Virus record (IMG/VR): IMGVR_UViG_3300022928_000007 | Origin: an uncultured virus (IMG/VR IMGVR_UViG_3300022928_000007) | Lineage: Duplodnaviria > Heunggongvirae > Uroviricota > Caudoviricetes | DNA: 64,000 bases | Direction: 5' to 3' (one strand) | Shown: piece by piece, positions 39,267 through 49,035 of the stretch | Layout of the letters: each line of letters begins with the position of its first letter | Numbering within the stretch: the stretch's first letter is position 1 | The notes under the pieces: model-generated | Databases searched by the model: none | Seen by the model: only the letters and a program-made list of their open reading frames with translations | What the model was told of the DNA's origin: nothing | Translations under genes and position numbers: made by a program

Positions 39267-39337
39267 ATCTATCCATATACTTTTGACAAAATCAAATTAA
39301 AATTAAGATGAATAACTATTTATCTTAAAAACTAATT

Positions 39338-42300
39338 ATGCCGAAATCGATTAGAATAAGAACAGAACCTGGTGTTGATAGAAACATTAATGTTAAAATT
39401 GACCAAGATTTTGATTCCTTAGAAATTCTTTCTTTAAAATTAAGACAAGAAGATTTATATACACAGTTCTGTGCCGATTACGGTGTGGTAGTTGGTCGTG
39501 TAATAGCTAATGGGGGATTGGGTATACCAAATGCTCATATTTCTATTTTTGTACCATTAGACGATGTTGATGAGGTTGACCCAATAATATCAACATTATA
39601 CCCTTATAAAACCCCTACAACAAAAAATGAAGATGGTTATAGATATAATCTTTTACCTTATGAGGATGAGTATTATGGTCACAATGCGACAGGTACATTT
39701 CCTACTGTAGATGATGTCTTAACACGTAAAGAAGTACTACAAGTATATGAAAAGTATTATAAATATTCTGTAAGAACTAATCAGTCAGGTGATTTTATGA
39801 TTGTTGGAGTACCTCTAGGTAATCAGAAGTTAGTAATGGACCTTGATTTATCCAATATGGGGGAGTTCTCACTTCGACCATCTGATTTAGTTAGAATGGG
39901 TAGGGGGGTCCCATCACAATTCAACGGACAGTTATTTAAAGATTCTGAAGATATAGATTCATTACCTCAAATTATAAATGAGGTTAAGGATATTGATGTA
40001 TCGTCATTTTGGGGGCAAGATGATGTTTGTGATGTGGGTATAACAAGAGTTGATTTTGACTTAAGTGACCAAGGAGTGGAAATATTGCCTCACGCCACAT
40101 TTATGGGTTCCATATTCTCATCTAATGAAGATGATTATATAAAAGCCACTTGTAGACCTAAAAAAGACACAGGTAACCTATGTGATACGGTCGCGGGTCC
40201 TGGTGAGATAATTGCTATTAGACAAACAATCCAAGAAGATGAAAATGGAGACCCTGTTTTAGAACAATATCAATTAGAAGACGGAGGTAATGTGATTGAT
40301 GATAACGGTGCTTGGTTGATTGATTTACCAATGAATATGAATTATGTAACAACTAATGAATTTGGTGAAAGAGTCACTTCTCCAGACCCCAGTATTGGCA
40401 TACCTACACAATCAAAATATCGTTTCAAAGTAAAATGGCAAAATGAGGCGGGTCTACAGAGTCAAATCATGAGAGCCAATTATTTAATCCCAAATATAAA
40501 AGAACATTGGCAAGGAAATCCTGTTTACGGACCAGGTAATGCAACAAATCTTAATGATTCTTATGCGTTTTCTTTAGATTGGTCAGATTATGCAGATAAA
40601 GATGCCGCAATTAAATGTGAGGATACCTTTTATCTTTTTGGTTATAATAAAGTATACACTACTGGCGCCCACATAGACAGGTGGAAATTAGGTGCTAATA
40701 GGGCTTCACATTATGGGATAAAAGAAATTACCGATAGAGCTTGTATGAGTGAAAATAATCGATTCCCTGTAAATGATGGGCAACGAAATTTCGACTTTTT
40801 ATATTTCTTATTTAATATTTTAATCGGAGTAATATCCCCTACAATTTTTGTTATTATTCCAATTATGCACGTCTTGGCCTTAATATATCCTATAGTGAGG
40901 CTTATCGTTAATCTCATTGTTACAATAATTAACCCAATATTGTATTTGGTTTGTAAGGCAGTTGCATTTCTAAGTAGAAAAGTTAAAAAAAGTGATTGTA
41001 AGAAAGATACTATAAAAAAACTATCTAAAGAAAATCCGTTTAAAAGATTAACATTACCTATGATAACGTATCCTGACTGTGAAGCGTGTTCATGTGAGGA
41101 TGTAAATATGCCTGAGGCTGAAGATGAAACTATTGAAAGTATGGAGTTGGAAATAGCAAATGCTAACCAATCCAATTTAGCGGACTTCGTTAGTATTGGA
41201 GCATATAATGATATTGTCTGTAATCCAAATATTGTTGCTGGTAATAATTCTGAGTGTTACACTTGTTATTCTAACGCTGAAGATACTATTGCCTCACAGT
41301 GGAATATGAATATGTTTTCAGGGTATGACCCTGAAATACCACCAGGTTCTCCATATTCTACACCGCCAAATACATGGATTAAATCTCCATTTACTATACA
41401 ACAAGATGGGTCAGATTTTCATACTACATTTACAGTATCATTACCTCAGTCGTTAAATTTAATGAATCAAAGAGAAAGATATTTTGACAGTACAAGACCA
41501 AACCGTATGAGGGTTGACGTGATAAGTAATCCAAATGCGGTGGACCAAAATGGGGCTTTATTTCCACCAGCATTTACTCCAAATGGTACCATTAATAGTA
41601 ACGGAAATACTAATAGGTATTTTGATATGCCGTTAGTAACAGTGTTAGACGGAAATGTTAACTTAAATGTAGGTCAATTATTAACATTTGTTGATGGAGA
41701 TTTAATCGATGACCCTAATTTAAATAATACAGGAATGACAGTCAACCAATACGGATTTAATTCCCTAACAGGTACTATGTTAAATAATCCCTCGGCATAT
41801 GTAATGGTTGATTGTCCTTACGTTGATGAAAATGGTAATGAGAGAACATCACAATTACAGTTCTATTCTCCAATTGAAGGGTCATCATATAATTTTAAGT
41901 CAGGTATCGAGTATTTCCAAGTTATTGGTGAAATTACAGTTAGCGATGCCAGAGCTTTTTTATCTGCTTCGACAAATAATAATAATTCCATATTATGGAA
42001 ATACTTTTTAGATAAAGATTGTCAATATTCCTGTGAATCTCTAGGTATGTTTAACGCCTTCCCAATTCAAAAACCAATTGATTATTTTGATGAAGCTGAT
42101 AATATAAAAATATATTTCTTTGCTAGAGGAGTGGACCCTCAATCGGGAAGACAAAGGTTAAGGTATGACTTAAATAAATTGTTTGGTGAGAATTACGGGT
42201 TTAGTCCTGATTATATCTTTGAAGGTGACTATTTTCCTAATATTCCAATACAAAGAGTATTAAATTCTCAAGGTTCTAATGGGGATAAAGAGGCCCCTTC

Positions 42301-44443
42301 ACCACATTATGATATTGATTTTGGGGGTACAATCCATTTTAATGATACAGATAATTCCATTATATCAAGAGGAGCGTTATTCCATGGTTCATATCTATTT
42401 ACACCTGAAAACACTCTTAGTAATACATTACCTATTTCCGCAGCGACAACTATAAATTATTCTTCATTTAATACCTCAGGGTTCGCGTATTATTCCTCTT
42501 TAGATTATACGTGGGGTAATTACTTACAAACTACTCCGACATATGGTGATATAGGTAGTTTTAATGGTGTTACTGTTAATTCATTCAACAGCCCTCCTGG
42601 ACCGCCTACGATGTCTATTAGTACCTCTTTAGCAGGTCAAGGTAGAATAGACGGAGCGTCGTATCAATGGACCAATATAAACCCGTTAGCGTTATTAAAC
42701 CCAAATAACAATAATCATAAAGTATATACTGTATCCCCTTCGTATTGGTTATGGAATGCTATTGCGCCAAAAATTACAATGGCGGATAAAGAAAAATTGG
42801 TATTTAGGTCTGATAGGTTACCCACATCATCTGTTAGAGAACAAGGACCATTAGCGCCATACCAAGATTTTTGTTTACATTTAAATGAAACTTTTGTTTA
42901 TTTTGAAATTAGTGATAATGGTGTTAGTACACCAGTTTCTGCTACCCAAACAGTAGGAAGTACTGATGGTAGTGGAGGTTTGGCCGATTTGGATGAAGAA
43001 CCACAACCAGGTTTTATGACTGGTGATGTGTTAGCTAGTTTCGAATGTTCAGGTTTAAAAGTTTTAGAGTGTTATGAAGGTTCAGGTTCGCAATTCGGTG
43101 TTGCCAACCCTTGTGATGAGGATGACAGAACACAAGGAGGATGTTATGTTTTTGTGGACAACCCTTTAATTATTAGTATTCCTAAGGACTTTAAATATTT
43201 CTTTGAATGGAGAACCCGATTTAGATTTATGTTTGCGGCTTGTAGGGGAGTGATATCACATATGTTTCAAAACAATTGGATAAATGGTACATTGTACATG
43301 CCTTCTTTTCAAAAGAAAACTTTTTATGACAGTAATAACGAAGTTAAAAGGTATAAGTACTGTGGAGACCCATTTGAAGGTAGTGGAGGTTTATTCAGTC
43401 CTCAAAAACAAATGTGTGGTCCAATATATTTTAATACAGACAGTAATTCATTTTTTTATAGGTCAGCTCCTTATAATGACATTACTAATGAATTTTCACC
43501 TCAACCTAAATGTGAAGCGGGAGGTATTGGATTTGCACAAGTAATCGGCTCAAATGAAGGTAATATATGGCAACCTACTACGATTGTTGATTTAGGACCT
43601 AAATCGGACTTTTTAAAGGAGATATTATTAACACCTGAGTTTCAAGGTTACATAATTGATGAGATTGAGTCTACATCATATCAGGATATTTCAGGTGTCT
43701 TAAATCTATTTATTATTTCAAGATTGATTGATTCGTCTTTCTTGGAAAATTTATTAGGGGCCGGAGACGCGTCTATACAAAAACTATTTTCTAGAGATTT
43801 TAATACAGGTATTAATTTTGTTGATAGTTTTTTTGATTCTAGAGTTGATGGAGACTATGCACAAATGACTTCTATTAACACAGAATTCGGAGTCTTACCT
43901 TATTTAACGGGTAACTATCAGGATGAAGTTGCAGTTGATAGTGGTATTTTTGCTATATGGTTTACAGGTTCCACAATTAGTCCTTATAATACTGTAGGTA
44001 CTACAGTTGCGGATAGAAGAATTATTGGTCCAGGACAAATAACGTTCTCTGAAAACCTTGGTGGCCTAAACCCACTCTTAGCTAATCAGTTTGATTATCC
44101 GGGTTCTCAAGTGGTTCCTTTTTATACGTGGAAATTTGCAGGTGGTAACATGTTTGGTACACAAGAAAATACTTGGAAAACAGATACGTGTAAGTCAGGT
44201 AAGTACCAAGATGAAACATTTGATGGGGCTAATGAGTACGCCAAACCAAGCTCAGGTTTAGGTACCGGATTTATCTTTAATAGACCTATAAATAGTTATG
44301 GTCCCAATCAACCAATAGATAATGGTAATGATGGCTATAGAGTAGGTTCACCATTTCAATTTTATTTTGGTTTAAAAAGAGGTAAAAGTGCCATGAATAA
44401 GTTCATAACTAAATATATGTTTAATAGAGACTTAAATGGGTAA
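39338..44443 (+). CDS. Large Cys-rich virion protein with an internal hydrophobic hairpin
   Basis: N-terminal carboxypeptidase-regulatory-like pattern (VVGRV...GIPNA.ISIF...TN.SGDFMI.GVP.G); lies in the baseplate cluster. Confidence 0.55.
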   Translation: MPKSIRIRTEPGVDRNINVKIDQDFDSLEILSLKLRQEDLYTQFCADYGVVVGRVIANGGLGIPNAHISIFVPLDDVDEVDPIISTLYPYKTPTTKNEDGYRYNLLPYEDEYYGHNATGTFPTVDDVLTRKEVLQVYEKYYKYSVRTNQSGDFMIVGVPLGNQKLVMDLDLSNMGEFSLRPSDLVRMGRGVPSQFNGQLFKDSEDIDSLPQIINEVKDIDVSSFWGQDDVCDVGITRVDFDLSDQGVEILPHATFMGSIFSSNEDDYIKATCRPKKDTGNLCDTVAGPGEIIAIRQTIQEDENGDPVLEQYQLEDGGNVIDDNGAWLIDLPMNMNYVTTNEFGERVTSPDPSIGIPTQSKYRFKVKWQNEAGLQSQIMRANYLIPNIKEHWQGNPVYGPGNATNLNDSYAFSLDWSDYADKDAAIKCEDTFYLFGYNKVYTTGAHIDRWKLGANRASHYGIKEITDRACMSENNRFPVNDGQRNFDFLYFLFNILIGVISPTIFVIIPIMHVLALIYPIVRLIVNLIVTIINPILYLVCKAVAFLSRKVKKSDCKKDTIKKLSKENPFKRLTLPMITYPDCEACSCEDVNMPEAEDETIESMELEIANANQSNLADFVSIGAYNDIVCNPNIVAGNNSECYTCYSNAEDTIASQWNMNMFSGYDPEIPPGSPYSTPPNTWIKSPFTIQQDGSDFHTTFTVSLPQSLNLMNQRERYFDSTRPNRMRVDVISNPNAVDQNGALFPPAFTPNGTINSNGNTNRYFDMPLVTVLDGNVNLNVGQLLTFVDGDLIDDPNLNNTGMTVNQYGFNSLTGTMLNNPSAYVMVDCPYVDENGNERTSQLQFYSPIEGSSYNFKSGIEYFQVIGEITVSDARAFLSASTNNNNSILWKYFLDKDCQYSCESLGMFNAFPIQKPIDYFDEADNIKIYFFARGVDPQSGRQRLRYDLNKLFGENYGFSPDYIFEGDYFPNIPIQRVLNSQGSNGDKEAPSPHYDIDFGGTIHFNDTDNSIISRGALFHGSYLFTPENTLSNTLPISAATTINYSSFNTSGFAYYSSLDYTWGNYLQTTPTYGDIGSFNGVTVNSFNSPPGPPTMSISTSLAGQGRIDGASYQWTNINPLALLNPNNNNHKVYTVSPSYWLWNAIAPKITMADKEKLVFRSDRLPTSSVREQGPLAPYQDFCLHLNETFVYFEISDNGVSTPVSATQTVGSTDGSGGLADLDEEPQPGFMTGDVLASFECSGLKVLECYEGSGSQFGVANPCDEDDRTQGGCYVFVDNPLIISIPKDFKYFFEWRTRFRFMFAACRGVISHMFQNNWINGTLYMPSFQKKTFYDSNNEVKRYKYCGDPFEGSGGLFSPQKQMCGPIYFNTDSNSFFYRSAPYNDITNEFSPQPKCEAGGIGFAQVIGSNEGNIWQPTTIVDLGPKSDFLKEILLTPEFQGYIIDEIESTSYQDISGVLNLFIISRLIDSSFLENLLGAGDASIQKLFSRDFNTGINFVDSFFDSRVDGDYAQMTSINTEFGVLPYLTGNYQDEVAVDSGIFAIWFTGSTISPYNTVGTTVADRRIIGPGQITFSENLGGLNPLLANQFDYPGSQVVPFYTWKFAGGNMFGTQENTWKTDTCKSGKYQDETFDGANEYAKPSSGLGTGFIFNRPINSYGPNQPIDNGNDGYRVGSPFQFYFGLKRGKSAMNKFITKYMFNRDLNG

Positions 44444-46184
44444 TCAAAAAAATAATCAGGATATAAGAATAGTTAGAGGGTCTGACCGTTATGCGGGTGC
44501 TCCTGATACTGATTTATTTATACAGGTACCATTAGAAAACACTAAAAAAAGTATAATTGAAGGAGACAGGAATGTTCTATTAAATTTAGAAGAAAGATTT
44601 GACCACGAAAGACAAATCTCAACAAAGTTTAGAATTGCGGGTAAAATTATTAATTTGTTTGATAATACGGTTTCGGGTAGATGTTCTAATTATGCTCCCT
44701 TTGAGGATGAGATGTATTATATAAATCCCGAACAATCATTAATAGATGCGAATGGAAATCCCGCCAACGCAGTTTGGATTGGTTATCCGCCCTACGATGA
44801 ATTTAATTTCTTTAGAACTTCAGGTATTCCAGGACATGTAGAATATGATAGTAAAAGTGCATCTACTTATAATTGGTCCTTATATGTGACATATCCGAGT
44901 AGTAATGATTATAATCAAATTTTAAATTATACTGATGACGACACAAATTCAAGTTTAAATTTTACGGTTTCAGATGGGATACCATATGTTATAAAAAATC
45001 GTAAAGTTAATGGTAAAAATATGATTACGTTTTATTGTGGGTTTAAACATAATATTAACGAAGGTGATTATATATATTTACCAACACCGGTAAACGGGAA
45101 GAACTTATTGGAGGTTTATAGTTTGGGTGACCAATCATATGGCAATAGAGATAAAGTGTTAAATGTATATAATTACGGATACACGGGTGGAACTATTGGT
45201 GACGGTGCTATGGGCACATTAAAAAGAGTTATTAATCCTAAAAATTCGGGAGAAACTATGTCCGAGTATTATGTGAGAAAACATAAGACTTTAACTGAAG
45301 TTTCAAATGTTGACTTAACACGAATGGGTTTTGAACAAAACAATTTTCCGGTAAAAAAGAAATTAGAATATTCAGCACTGACGCCAAATAAATTGACAAG
45401 GATTTCAGTTAAAGATGGTAGAGGTTCATTTGGGTTTTCTATAGATAAAGATATTGATATAATATCTCTTATGGATAATCTTGATAGACCTATAACTGAG
45501 TTATTTATAACTATTGTTAATAAAGGTTATATGGGATTTTTTAATACCCCATCTCCAACAGTACCTAATAAAGGATTAGAGGTTGGGTGGAGCTTTAATT
45601 TTAGAAAAGATACGGTTGATACTTGGTGGTCTAAATTAAATTTTCACAACAAAGATAATATTACCAATAATTACTATGATAAGCCGGGAGATAACTTTCA
45701 AAATATAAGATTTTACTATAATGAAGACTTACCTTTAGGTACGGAACTTAAAGGTGATATTTGTTCATGGAATAAATTCGAACAAAAAGAAACCGTACTT
45801 TCAAAAATATCACATAAATATTCTTTTAATCCGTTAGTTATAACAACATCAGGAAGCGTCAATTTACCTGATGGTTATACATATAACCCACATCACTCCG
45901 TAAAGTTAAGAGTTTATTCTGATTATATAGAGACAGGTGACAGAGACGCGGTGGAAGGTGTTCCCGATTATTCATTCTTTTCAAATTTTGAGGGACAGTG
46001 GAGATGGAGAGATATTTATTCCTATGGATATATTGATACTGATGGTAATGGGGTTAATCATCCATTTCTAAACGGAGAACACTATCCGTTCGGTGAAGTA
46101 CTATTTCTACAAACTCCGCTCATGAAAAATAATAACGTCTTTAATGACATAATCTTCCAACCAATAATTGACGATTGTGAATAA
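44436..46184 (+). CDS. Putative baseplate/tail structural protein
   Basis: Overlapping gene chain within the baseplate cluster; beta-rich. Confidence 0.5.
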   Translation: MGNQKNNQDIRIVRGSDRYAGAPDTDLFIQVPLENTKKSIIEGDRNVLLNLEERFDHERQISTKFRIAGKIINLFDNTVSGRCSNYAPFEDEMYYINPEQSLIDANGNPANAVWIGYPPYDEFNFFRTSGIPGHVEYDSKSASTYNWSLYVTYPSSNDYNQILNYTDDDTNSSLNFTVSDGIPYVIKNRKVNGKNMITFYCGFKHNINEGDYIYLPTPVNGKNLLEVYSLGDQSYGNRDKVLNVYNYGYTGGTIGDGAMGTLKRVINPKNSGETMSEYYVRKHKTLTEVSNVDLTRMGFEQNNFPVKKKLEYSALTPNKLTRISVKDGRGSFGFSIDKDIDIISLMDNLDRPITELFITIVNKGYMGFFNTPSPTVPNKGLEVGWSFNFRKDTVDTWWSKLNFHNKDNITNNYYDKPGDNFQNIRFYYNEDLPLGTELKGDICSWNKFEQKETVLSKISHKYSFNPLVITTSGSVNLPDGYTYNPHHSVKLRVYSDYIETGDRDAVEGVPDYSFFSNFEGQWRWRDIYSYGYIDTDGNGVNHPFLNGEHYPFGEVLFLQTPLMKNNNVFNDIIFQPIIDDCE

Positions 46185-47037
46185 ATTTAGATTTACCGTA
46201 AACGATAACGATACTCAGTTTAATTTACCTCTTGAAATTAATTTTGATAATTTAGGAAGGGAGGATTTAATTAAACAGTATGAGGATGATGTGCTCGAAC
46301 AGATTATAAATCCTGTTGAAGATTTTGAAACAACTAGATATTCACATAATAAGTGGTTAGACGTAAATAATGTTCCCAAAAACAGTACTACATACGAATT
46401 TTCATTTTTTAACCGAACCATTAGTGTTGAAAATACTATTCCCGCCAATAGTAATTTATGGGTTCCAAGTTATACTTACGTTGACCCTACAGTTTATCAA
46501 AACTATAGTGGAATAACTTTTACTGATAAAGAGTTGTATTATTATGCAAATTCATTTAAAAGAAGTTTCTTTAAAATTGACTTTTATGATACAACTGACT
46601 CAGAAAACCAACAAATTTACTTCACTATTGTTATTCCTACACAACAAGGTCAAAAACAACAAGTTGACATAGGTACGCCTAACGTCCCTAAACCTGTGGA
46701 TATAAGGACACCTATATTTAATTTAGATTATGTAGGAGATAAAGAAGGTTATTTTATTTATTGGTTAAAGAGTCGTGAATATATCGATTTGAATACCTTC
46801 TATATGTCGGCTAAATTTTTTAATGCCAAAATAGGACAATTTGTTAGAATGACAAATAGACCCCAATCTGATATATCACAAAAATTTAATTTTAATAAGT
46901 CTGAATACTTTTATTATAAAGTTGAGTTGGATGACACTAATTATGAATATGAAGTATTTCAAGCTTATGGTGCGGGAAATAGAGTCGGTCAGTTAAATAA
47001 CGGCATAAAATGGTTTGAATATGTTAATCCTCAATAA
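46177..47037 (+). CDS. Putative structural protein
   Basis: Likely GTG start at 46177 overlapping the previous stop; start position is uncertain. Confidence 0.5.
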   Translation: MNKFRFTVNDNDTQFNLPLEINFDNLGREDLIKQYEDDVLEQIINPVEDFETTRYSHNKWLDVNNVPKNSTTYEFSFFNRTISVENTIPANSNLWVPSYTYVDPTVYQNYSGITFTDKELYYYANSFKRSFFKIDFYDTTDSENQQIYFTIVIPTQQGQKQQVDIGTPNVPKPVDIRTPIFNLDYVGDKEGYFIYWLKSREYIDLNTFYMSAKFFNAKIGQFVRMTNRPQSDISQKFNFNKSEYFYYKVELDDTNYEYEVFQAYGAGNRVGQLNNGIKWFEYVNPQ

Positions 47038-48119
47038 TGGAAGAAAAATATTACATAAAAATTTCTCCTGAATCATTAAAAGGTGATGTTATCACTGAAT
47101 ATTTTAGTGGTGATACTTTTGGTGTCTATACCGGTATGACACAAATATTAAGTGGTGGGACTGATGGTAGTAGTTTATTAACGGGATTAACTATCCCTTT
47201 AGTATTTAGACAAACTTATGATAATTATGGTTTTTATACTCCATTTGATGGGTTCGCATTACAAAAAGAAGTTGTAAGTAATTTTATTACTTCAGGTGAC
47301 CCGACTAATCAATACACTATTAGGATTTTTAACACATCTGACCAATACAAAGGGTTTTTAAAACTAGCTAATTATATAGTTAATTGGGGTGATGGGAATT
47401 CGGAACCTTTAACAACAAATTCACCACAATATTTATCACACACGTATCCAAACGTACCCACAGGTTATACGATTACTTTAACACAAAATAATCCGTGGGG
47501 ACAAACTAATATTGAAAAAAAGGTATATGTACCTACAACAGGGGTAACTATAAATAACCCTTATGGTAATATCACATTTACACCTCAAGGAGGTAATTGG
47601 TCAGGTATACCTATAAATTACAATTACATTTTTACGGGTGATAGTTCAAATACAGTACAGAGTCAAACTTCTAATAATTTTACTACGGTTCCGTTTATAT
47701 TAAGTGGGTTTACTTCTTCTCGTTTATCTGACTTAAAATTGTACGGGAATACTCAATATGATATTACTACAACAGTTATAAAAGGAGGACAACCTTATGG
47801 AAAGGTTAATCAAATTACAAGTGGTTTCACTTCTTATACAATAAATAATGTTGACTATGTTGACTATCCTGACGGTACAACATTATACATCGCCAATTCT
47901 TCAGGATTAACAGATAATGATTTAGTTGCGTCAGCAATAACTAAACAAGAAGTATTAATTAACGTAGTTGACTCTCCAGAAATACAATCTGAAATATTTA
48001 TTGAAAGAGGTAAGCTATCAGGGTTCGAATCATTACAAAGACTTGGGGAAGTTGATAATTTAGGTGACATGGAATCTTATGGTTATGGTTACTTTACAAT
48101 AAACAAAAATAACGAATAA
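47037..48119 (+). CDS. Putative structural protein with a PKD-like segment
   Basis: VNWGDG...SHTY...YTITLT is a PKD-like pattern. Confidence 0.55.
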   Translation: MEEKYYIKISPESLKGDVITEYFSGDTFGVYTGMTQILSGGTDGSSLLTGLTIPLVFRQTYDNYGFYTPFDGFALQKEVVSNFITSGDPTNQYTIRIFNTSDQYKGFLKLANYIVNWGDGNSEPLTTNSPQYLSHTYPNVPTGYTITLTQNNPWGQTNIEKKVYVPTTGVTINNPYGNITFTPQGGNWSGIPINYNYIFTGDSSNTVQSQTSNNFTTVPFILSGFTSSRLSDLKLYGNTQYDITTTVIKGGQPYGKVNQITSGFTSYTINNVDYVDYPDGTTLYIANSSGLTDNDLVASAITKQEVLINVVDSPEIQSEIFIERGKLSGFESLQRLGEVDNLGDMESYGYGYFTINKNNE

Positions 48120-48124
48120 ATAAA

Positions 48125-49033
48125 ATGGCATTAGGAACATACGGTACAGTAAGACCCGCAGATATGTCTCCCGAAGACGTGGAGATAATATTGAATTACA
48201 CTCCTTCAAGAGATGTTACGACAAATTTTGTTTTAACAAAACTGAACGCCGCTGACGTATTAACCCCATATTTTCATAGTTCAACAACAGGAGGGAACGC
48301 AGATGTGGAAATATTAGGAGGTTTATACAACTTAAAATTACCAGCTGAGGAGTTCAATAAAATAGGTATATATACATTATATATAAGACCCGTAGAAATA
48401 AGAACTACAATAACTGATTGCGGTGTCTTATCTTCATTACCCAACGTTAAAGGTATCATTATCGATTTAAACGGAGTACCACAACAATTTAGAAATAGAT
48501 TTATAAATCAAGGTTTAGTGGGGTACCGTATTGAATATTTAAATAGTGATGGTACAAAAATACCTAATTTTTACAGAGTAATCACTTCTTCATTTTACTG
48601 TGAACCTGTGGTAACTAATTTATCTAACAGCTCTCAAAAAGCCATTCGTTATAGATATGTTGATAGTGGTAGTGATTTAATTTTCTGTACTGTTTCCCCA
48701 TCGAGTGCTCCGTCAAATAAGGCGAACGCTACTCCATTTATTGGTCAACCAAACCAAAACATTGTTATGACCAATACATTCTTTAACCCAATTAGTGTTG
48801 ATATTGAATTGGCTGAACATGATATAGATACGTTAGCTATCGCTCTTTATGGTAACCAAACTAAGAGTATGGAAGATGGTATATACACAATGTACGATAG
48901 TAGTCTTAATATCTATAAACAATATAACTTATACGAAATACGTGATGAATTTAATAATTTACTTTATGAGGTTCGTCAAGATAGAGATAACAATATTGAT
49001 TTCAGCAAGAATTTCAATAACATAACTAATTAA
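48125..49033 (+). CDS. Putative baseplate structural protein
   Basis: Clean ORF in the cluster; no specific motif recognised. Confidence 0.5.
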   Translation: MALGTYGTVRPADMSPEDVEIILNYTPSRDVTTNFVLTKLNAADVLTPYFHSSTTGGNADVEILGGLYNLKLPAEEFNKIGIYTLYIRPVEIRTTITDCGVLSSLPNVKGIIIDLNGVPQQFRNRFINQGLVGYRIEYLNSDGTKIPNFYRVITSSFYCEPVVTNLSNSSQKAIRYRYVDSGSDLIFCTVSPSSAPSNKANATPFIGQPNQNIVMTNTFFNPISVDIELAEHDIDTLAIALYGNQTKSMEDGIYTMYDSSLNIYKQYNLYEIRDEFNNLLYEVRQDRDNNIDFSKNFNNITN

Positions 49034-49035
49034 TA

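Noticed and set aside
39278..39309. TACTTTTG / TTGACA promoter-like elements before the 1701-aa gene
   Set aside because: No properly spaced partner element; the nearby TATTTAT at 39317 is the better-supported signal.
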